From assembly GCA_900543625.1 (NCBI GenBank), contig UQSF01000001.1:79916-143915 (forward strand): DNA of 64,000 bases. Direction: 5' to 3'. Numbering within the stretch: the stretch's first letter is position 1; each line of letters opens with the position of its first letter. This DNA comes from an uncultured Eubacteriales bacterium (GTDB lineage Bacteria > Bacillota > Clostridia > Oscillospirales > Oscillospiraceae). Positions 59,188 through 64,000 of the stretch are shown in pieces. The position numbers and the translations under genes are program-made. Below the pieces are notes generated by a model. It ran no database searches and was not told where the DNA came from. It saw only the letters and a list, made by a program, of their open reading frames with translations.

Positions 59188-59691
59188 TCAGTAGGCGCTG
59201 ATGGGCAGAGAATCGTCGTCCTGCCCCTTTTCGACCGAGCGGATGACGATGTCATAGCCGACATTCTCATTGACCTGCACGTGCACGGTCTCGCCCGCGC
59301 GATGCCCCATCACGGCCTTGCCCACGGGGGATTCCTTGCTGATGAGCCCCTCGAGCGCATTTTGCCGCAGCGTCGTCACGAGGCGGATGGTCTGCTCCTC
59401 GTCGTCGTCCGGAATATAAATGACCACCGAGTCGAACAGACCCACCGTGTCGCCGGTCGAGTGGTCGGTGATGACCTTTGCCGTGTCGACCATGCGCTGC
59501 AGGTAGCGGATGCGGCTGTCGTTGCGGTTTTTCTCGCGCTTGGCGGCCTTGTATTCAAAGTTTTCGCTCAGGTCGCCGAAGGCGCGCGCCGTCTTGACCT
59601 CCTCGATCAGCTTCGGCCGCAGCTCGCGCGTGCGGTAGTCGATTTCGTCGCGCATCTTCTGGATGTCGACCTGCGTCAGTTCGTCGTACAT
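59188..59691 (-). CDS. greA: transcription elongation factor GreA
   Basis: 167 aa, conserved coiled-coil N-domain and FKBP-like C-domain. Confidence 0.9.
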   Translation of the reverse strand: MYDELTQVDIQKMRDEIDYRTRELRPKLIEEVKTARAFGDLSENFEYKAAKREKNRNDSRIRYLQRMVDTAKVITDHSTGDTVGLFDSVVIYIPDDDEEQTIRLVTTLRQNALEGLISKESPVGKAVMGHRAGETVHVQVNENVGYDIVIRSVEKGQDDDSLPISAY

Positions 59692-59775
59692 GATAACACC
59701 TCGATTTCTCAGACGCCCATCTTATCACATCCCGCGCCGGAAGAAAAGGGGATGCTGCCGTTTTGCGCGCCGGGC

Positions 59776-59804
59776 TTGACAGAAAACGGCCGCCACGCTA
59801 TAAT
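59776..59804 (+). promoter_or_regulatory. consensus sigma-A promoter for the GtrA/ATP-grasp/PHP-deacetylase operon
   Basis: TTGACA-17 bp-TATAAT, about 40 bp upstream of ATG 59847. Confidence 0.6.
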
Positions 59805-59846
59805 TGCTTCAAATAATTTAACTAATTACAATGGGAGGCGATCCGC

Positions 59847-60266
59847 ATGGACCATATGGAGCTGCGGCGCACGGGGAAGTTTCTGCTCTTCTCGTGCTCG
59901 GCCGGGCTGATCGAGCTCGGCAGCTTTGCGCTCTTCAACGAGGTGTTTCACTGGCCGCACTGGGCGGCGTATCTGACGGCGCTGGTGCTGTCGGTGCTGT
60001 GGAACTTCACCTGCAACCGGCGCTATACCTTCCGCTCGTCGGAAAAGGTGGCGCGGGCCATGGCGCTCGTGTTTTTGTACTACTGCGCGTTCACGCCGCT
60101 GTCCACGCTGCTCGAGCACCGGCTCGCGGACGTGCAGGGCTGGAACGGCTATCTGGTTACGTTTTTGAACATGGTGCTGAATTTTGTGACGGAGTTTCTC
60201 TTCCAGCGCTTCGTGGTCTACCGCAACTCGCTGGACACGAACAAACTTGCGCACACCTCTCCCTGA
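59847..60266 (+). CDS. GtrA-family membrane protein
   Basis: 139 aa, 4 TM, GtrA-like pattern. Confidence 0.7.
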   Translation: MDHMELRRTGKFLLFSCSAGLIELGSFALFNEVFHWPHWAAYLTALVLSVLWNFTCNRRYTFRSSEKVARAMALVFLYYCAFTPLSTLLEHRLADVQGWNGYLVTFLNMVLNFVTEFLFQRFVVYRNSLDTNKLAHTSP

Positions 60267-60407
60267 TCATATCCGTTTCCCGGGCGCAGCGGGCGCTCTG
60301 CTTTTCGGCAGAGCGCCCGCTGCGCCGTCTTGTATTTTCTGCACAGGTTTGGTATTATAAGAGGCACAAGATCGACAGCTCCGCGCCGGGAGCGGGAGGG
60401 AACGGAC

Positions 60408-61520
60408 ATGAAAACAGCCATCGTGACAGACGGGAAATACCGGTCGTCCATCGCGGCGGTGCGTGCACTGCACCGTGCGGGCTATCAGGTGATCGTGACG
60501 CAGACGCGTGCCGACGTGCACGCTGTGCCGGCGGTCGCGGCCTCACGCTGCTGTGCTGCCTTTCGGTGGATCGACGGGGCTGCGGCCGACGACAGCTATG
60601 CAGATCGGCTTGCGGCGCTGCTGGAGACGTATGACCGTCCGGTGCTGTTTTGCGTCGGTGCGGTCACGCTCAACACGGTCGCCGCGCAGCGGGAGCGGTT
60701 TGCCCGGGTCGCAGACTTTCTCATCGCGCCCCGGCCCGTGCTCGATGCACTCAACGACAAGGAGACGGTGCATGCGCGCGCGCAGAGCCTCGGCATCCCG
60801 GTGCCGCGGCAATATGACGGCGTCCCGCCGGAGCGCTATCCCGTTGTCATCAAGCCGCACTGCGGTGAGAAATTCGGCCTCAAGGCCGCCGACCGGTACG
60901 CCGTTGCCGACACGCCGGAGGCATATGCACAGATCCTTGCGCGCATGCAGCGCTACGACCCGGCGCCAATCGTGCAGGACAGGATCACCGGCCCCGGTAT
61001 TGGCGTGAGCTTGCTGCTTGGCCGGGATGGCTGCCTGATCTGCGCGCTGTGCCACCGCCGCATCCGCGAATATCCGGTCACCGGCGGCCCTTCGACCTGC
61101 TGCGAAAGCTTTTACGACGCCGCGTTCATTGACCGCGCGTACCGGCTGCTGCACTCGTTCGGCTTCACGGGCATGGCCATGGTGGAGTTCAAGGGTGACT
61201 GTCTGCTGGAGGTCAATCCCCGCGTCTGGGGCAGCTTCCCGATGACGGAGGCGGCCCAAAGTCCGTTCACGGCGTACTATGCCCGCGCTGCGGCGGGGGA
61301 ACGGGTGCGCTATACTGCGCAGGATTATCGCTCCGGCGTGCGTATGCGCTTTCTGCTCAATGATACGCTCGCTGCGCTGCATTATCTGCGCGCCGGGCGC
61401 GTCGGCATATTTCTGCGCAGCATTGCCGACCTGTTCACGGCGAAGGAGGCCCTGCGCTGCCGCGGTGATAACCGCGTGTTCTGGGTCTATCTGAAAAACA
61501 GCCTGTTTGCGCGCGGGTGA
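60408..61520 (+). CDS. ATP-grasp domain protein
   Basis: 370 aa; ATP-grasp fold pattern (YPVVIKP...G.GI...E..P); GGGAGGGAACGG RBS. Confidence 0.65.
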   Translation: MKTAIVTDGKYRSSIAAVRALHRAGYQVIVTQTRADVHAVPAVAASRCCAAFRWIDGAAADDSYADRLAALLETYDRPVLFCVGAVTLNTVAAQRERFARVADFLIAPRPVLDALNDKETVHARAQSLGIPVPRQYDGVPPERYPVVIKPHCGEKFGLKAADRYAVADTPEAYAQILARMQRYDPAPIVQDRITGPGIGVSLLLGRDGCLICALCHRRIREYPVTGGPSTCCESFYDAAFIDRAYRLLHSFGFTGMAMVEFKGDCLLEVNPRVWGSFPMTEAAQSPFTAYYARAAAGERVRYTAQDYRSGVRMRFLLNDTLAALHYLRAGRVGIFLRSIADLFTAKEALRCRGDNRVFWVYLKNSLFARG

Positions 61521-61546
61521 TTTCCGCGCAGAGAGGAGCTTTGCCC

Positions 61547-63424
61547 ATGGAGGTCAGATTTGACCTGCACATTCATTCCGAGCACTCGCCGGACGGGCGT
61601 ATGTCCCTTGACGAGATCGTCTCGTGCGCGCGTGCACGGGGCTTGCAGGGCGTCGCCGTGTGCGATCATGACCGCGCCCTGACCGAGACGTGGGACACGC
61701 CGGATTTTCTGCTCATCCCCGGCGTTGAGCTCTCGACGGATCAGGGGCATCTGCTGGGCCTGTTCGTCACCGAGCAGATCGAGGCGCGGGAGCTGGGCGC
61801 CGCGATCGACGCTGTGCACGCCTGCGGCGGTCTTGCCGTGATGGCGCACCCGTTCGAGCGCAGCAGCGATGCACAGCGGCTCGACGCCTACCTCGACCGG
61901 CTCGATGGCATCGAGGTCTGGAACGGCCGGGCCGATCGCAAGAACCCGCAGGCCAACGCCATGGCGTGCGCGCTTGCGCAGCGTGCGCAAAAGCCGGTCA
62001 CGGCCGGCAGCGATGCGCACCTGCCTGAGGAGATCGGCAACGGCGTCGTGACGCTGGAGGTCGATGCACTGACGCTGCCGTCCGTCCGTGCGGCGCTGCT
62101 GCGCGGGGCGACGGCTGTGGACGGGCGGCGCGGAAAGGCGCGCTATGTTGCCGAGAGCCAGCTGACCAAGCGCAGACGCACCCATGCCGGTGCGGCCGCA
62201 GAAAAGCACTATGTCGGCTATACCCGGCGCATCGAGCGCGTGCAGACGACCCGGCGCATCTGCGCCATGACGTTTGACGACGGGCCGATGGGGCTGCCCG
62301 CGTCGCCGGATCGGTTTGACGGCCGGACGCTCACGGACGTGCTGCTCGACACGCTGGCGCAGTACGGCGCGCGCGGCAGCTTTGACGTCATCGGCGATAC
62401 GAGCGCCAACTACCCCGACGAGGCCGGCAAGCTCGGCAGCGCCGCGTGGGGCGGCGTGCGCTTTGACCATTACCCGGACATTCACTGCGACGAGCAGGGC
62501 GGCGCGGAGCACAATGACCGCCTCATCCGCCGTATGCTCGCCGAGGGCCACCAGATCACGAATCACGGCTACCGGCACATCCTTTTCGGCAAGAAACCGT
62601 TTGTATACGGCGCGCGCGAATACCTTCCCGGCTTTGATGCCGCGGTGGAGGATCTCGGCCGCCTGCACGCGCTCATGCAGACGCGCTATGGCTATACGAT
62701 GACGCTTGCACGCCCGCCGCACTATGTGGACAAGATGACCGGCGGCTTTACCAGCTACGATGTCTATGACCGTATGGGCTATCAGTACATGGCGGCGTCG
62801 TTTGACGGCGCGGGCTGGCTCCCGTCTACGGATCCGGATCCGGAGGCGGCGCTGCAGGCGGAGATCCGTGCCATGGTCGAGCCGATGCGCAAGGCGCTGG
62901 AAAAAGACCCGGACTTTTTCTGCGGGCAGATCATTTTCCAGAAGGACGGCTACAACATGGCCAAGCGCACACCGGTGGCCTTTGCACTCGGCCAGCAGCT
63001 GGCGCTGCTGCAGGAATACGGCTATCAGGTCGTGCCCGTGGGCGAGCTGTTGGCGGAGAGCCCCTTTGCGGATGTCGGCCGCGAGGAACCGCTGTTTGAC
63101 CGCCTGACGGCGCTTGCGGAGCAGCGGGCGATCGTCTTTTCCGATAACCGCCTGCGGCTCGACGATCCCATGACGGTGGGCGAGCTGGCGATGCTGCTGA
63201 CGCCGAAGGCGGACGCAATCGCGCGCCGCGTCGCGCAGCTGCACCGGACCGGCCGCGCCGGCGCCTATGACGGCGCCATGGCCTGGTGCCGGGAAAACGG
63301 CCTTGTCTCTGCGGCGGCGCACCCGGCGGATCACGTGACCGCGCTGCCGGAGGCATGGTTTGTCCCCACGGACGGCTTCACCCGCCGGGACGTCTATGCA
63401 GCCTTCCGCATGGAACGGCTCTGA
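61547..63424 (+). CDS. fusion protein: N-terminal PHP-domain phosphoesterase + C-terminal polysaccharide deacetylase (NodB/CE4)
   Basis: HIHSEHSPDG...CDHD PHP motifs; CAMTFDDGP NodB motif; ATG 61547 with GAGAGGAG RBS (alternative GTG 61517 overlapping upstream stop). Confidence 0.7.
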   Translation: MEVRFDLHIHSEHSPDGRMSLDEIVSCARARGLQGVAVCDHDRALTETWDTPDFLLIPGVELSTDQGHLLGLFVTEQIEARELGAAIDAVHACGGLAVMAHPFERSSDAQRLDAYLDRLDGIEVWNGRADRKNPQANAMACALAQRAQKPVTAGSDAHLPEEIGNGVVTLEVDALTLPSVRAALLRGATAVDGRRGKARYVAESQLTKRRRTHAGAAAEKHYVGYTRRIERVQTTRRICAMTFDDGPMGLPASPDRFDGRTLTDVLLDTLAQYGARGSFDVIGDTSANYPDEAGKLGSAAWGGVRFDHYPDIHCDEQGGAEHNDRLIRRMLAEGHQITNHGYRHILFGKKPFVYGAREYLPGFDAAVEDLGRLHALMQTRYGYTMTLARPPHYVDKMTGGFTSYDVYDRMGYQYMAASFDGAGWLPSTDPDPEAALQAEIRAMVEPMRKALEKDPDFFCGQIIFQKDGYNMAKRTPVAFALGQQLALLQEYGYQVVPVGELLAESPFADVGREEPLFDRLTALAEQRAIVFSDNRLRLDDPMTVGELAMLLTPKADAIARRVAQLHRTGRAGAYDGAMAWCRENGLVSAAAHPADHVTALPEAWFVPTDGFTRRDVYAAFRMERL

Positions 63425-63438
63425 GTGATGCGAAAACA

Positions 63439-63472
63439 TACGGCGCCGGACGGAGATCCCGTCCGGCGCCGT
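63439..63472. terminator. terminator hairpin (upstream copy; identical 35-bp copy at 63673-63707)
   Basis: TACGGCGCCGGACGG-AGATC-CCGTCCGGCGCCGTG present identically on both sides of repeat copy 5. Confidence 0.7.
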
Positions 63473-63474
63473 GG

Positions 63475-63672
63475 AGACTGTCAAAAAGTAATACTTTTTG
63501 ACAAAGGAGTTTGCGGCCTGACTGCAGCGCACGCGCCGTCCGCCCAAGGCAGACGGCGCGCACGTTTGCAGGCCGAGAAGTATTTTCTTCGCCGCACATG
63601 TCGCCGAAGAAAATGATCGGACTTTCTTTCGCCGCTCCGGCGGCGAAACTCTACGAGGTTTTTGGACAAGCT
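63475..63672 (+). repeat. copy 5 of the ~200-bp repeat family, flanked by a perfect 35-bp duplication
   Basis: GAGACTGTCAAAAAGTAATACTTTTTGACA... ...GGTTTTTGGACAAGCTG. Confidence 0.85.
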
Positions 63673-63711
63673 GTACGGCGCCGGACGGAGATCCCGTCCG
63701 GCGCCGTGCGT

Positions 63712-64000
63712 TTATGGAATTTGAAAGCCCGGGAAATACTTCTCCGCGAAGGCCACCTGCTGCACCTGAAACGTTTTTCCGCGCAGGTATTCCAGGATGC
63801 CCGCGTCCGTTGGCAGGGTGAAGGTGAGCTTGTAGGAGTAGAGCATCTGCCCCGTCTCGCCGTAGGTGCGGTTGATGCGCTCGCGGCCGTACTTCCCGTC
63901 GCCGAGCAGGGGACAGCCGGCGGCGGCCATCTGTGCGCGGATCTGGTGCGTGCGCCCGGTCAGCAGCCGGCACTCGACGAGCGAGAGCCCCTTGCGGCTT
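63712..64000 (-). CDS. RluA-family pseudouridine synthase (C-terminal part; 5' end beyond window)
   Basis: HQIRAQMAAAGCPLLGDGKYG motif; reading frame stays open to the window edge. Confidence 0.7.
   Translation of the reverse strand, partial: SRKGLSLVECRLLTGRTHQIRAQMAAAGCPLLGDGKYGRERINRTYGETGQMLYSYKLTFTLPTDAGILEYLRGKTFQVQQVAFAEKYFPGFQIP

Noticed and set aside
58953-59201. 82-aa ORF downstream of birA
   Set aside because: Its only protein-like stretch is the duplicated birA 3' fragment. No RBS. Treated as part of the rearrangement scar.
61517-61546. GTG 61517 as start of the PHP-deacetylase gene
   Set aside because: ATG 61547 has a better-spaced GAGAGGAG RBS. The GTG would overlap the ATP-grasp stop and cannot be excluded.

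Overview
64-kb window from a high-GC (about 63-65%) Bacillota/Clostridia-like chromosome. Most ORFs on the supplied track that are Arg/Ala/Pro-rich or overlap real genes in other frames are GC-driven artefacts and were ignored. Real content, left to right: murI plus an MBL hydrolase; a triple zinc-ribbon membrane protein; sbcDC; feoAB; a Nif11-like protein; an HpcH aldolase; a tRNA operon (Gly-Arg-His-Gln-Lys, minus strand) with a partial tRNA-Lys 3' duplicate; a DUF1846 protein; secA and pgeF; a family-5 substrate-binding lipoprotein; gtrA and cdd. Then the complete S10-spc-alpha ribosomal cluster (rpsJ through rplQ, with secY, adk, map, infA, rpmJ and rpoA), which carries an unexplained 0.5-kb non-coding insert between rpsN and rpsH. 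After that: an OmpR/HK two-component pair, an M29 aminopeptidase and a second family-5 binding lipoprotein; a membrane PP2C phosphatase with a small tail-anchored protein; crp/fnr, trxA and a multidomain flavodiiron-rubredoxin protein; an M19 dipeptidase and a DUF2461 protein; an alanine symporter; a lacI-controlled HMGL-lyase/permease/family-III CoA-transferase cluster; bioY with a BirA operator and birA; greA; a GtrA/ATP-grasp/PHP-deacetylase cluster; and a partial rluA. The most unusual signal is a family of five ~175-200-bp hairpin-rich non-coding repeats with terminal TGTCAAAAAG inverted motifs (3753-3950, 37703-37904, 43256-43452, 51801-51974, 63475-63672). Each sits in an intergenic rho-independent terminator, and at four of the five loci the host terminator hairpin (24-35 bp) is present as a copy on both sides of the element. 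That suggests a terminator-targeting miniature mobile element with unusually long target duplications. No transposase is encoded in the window.
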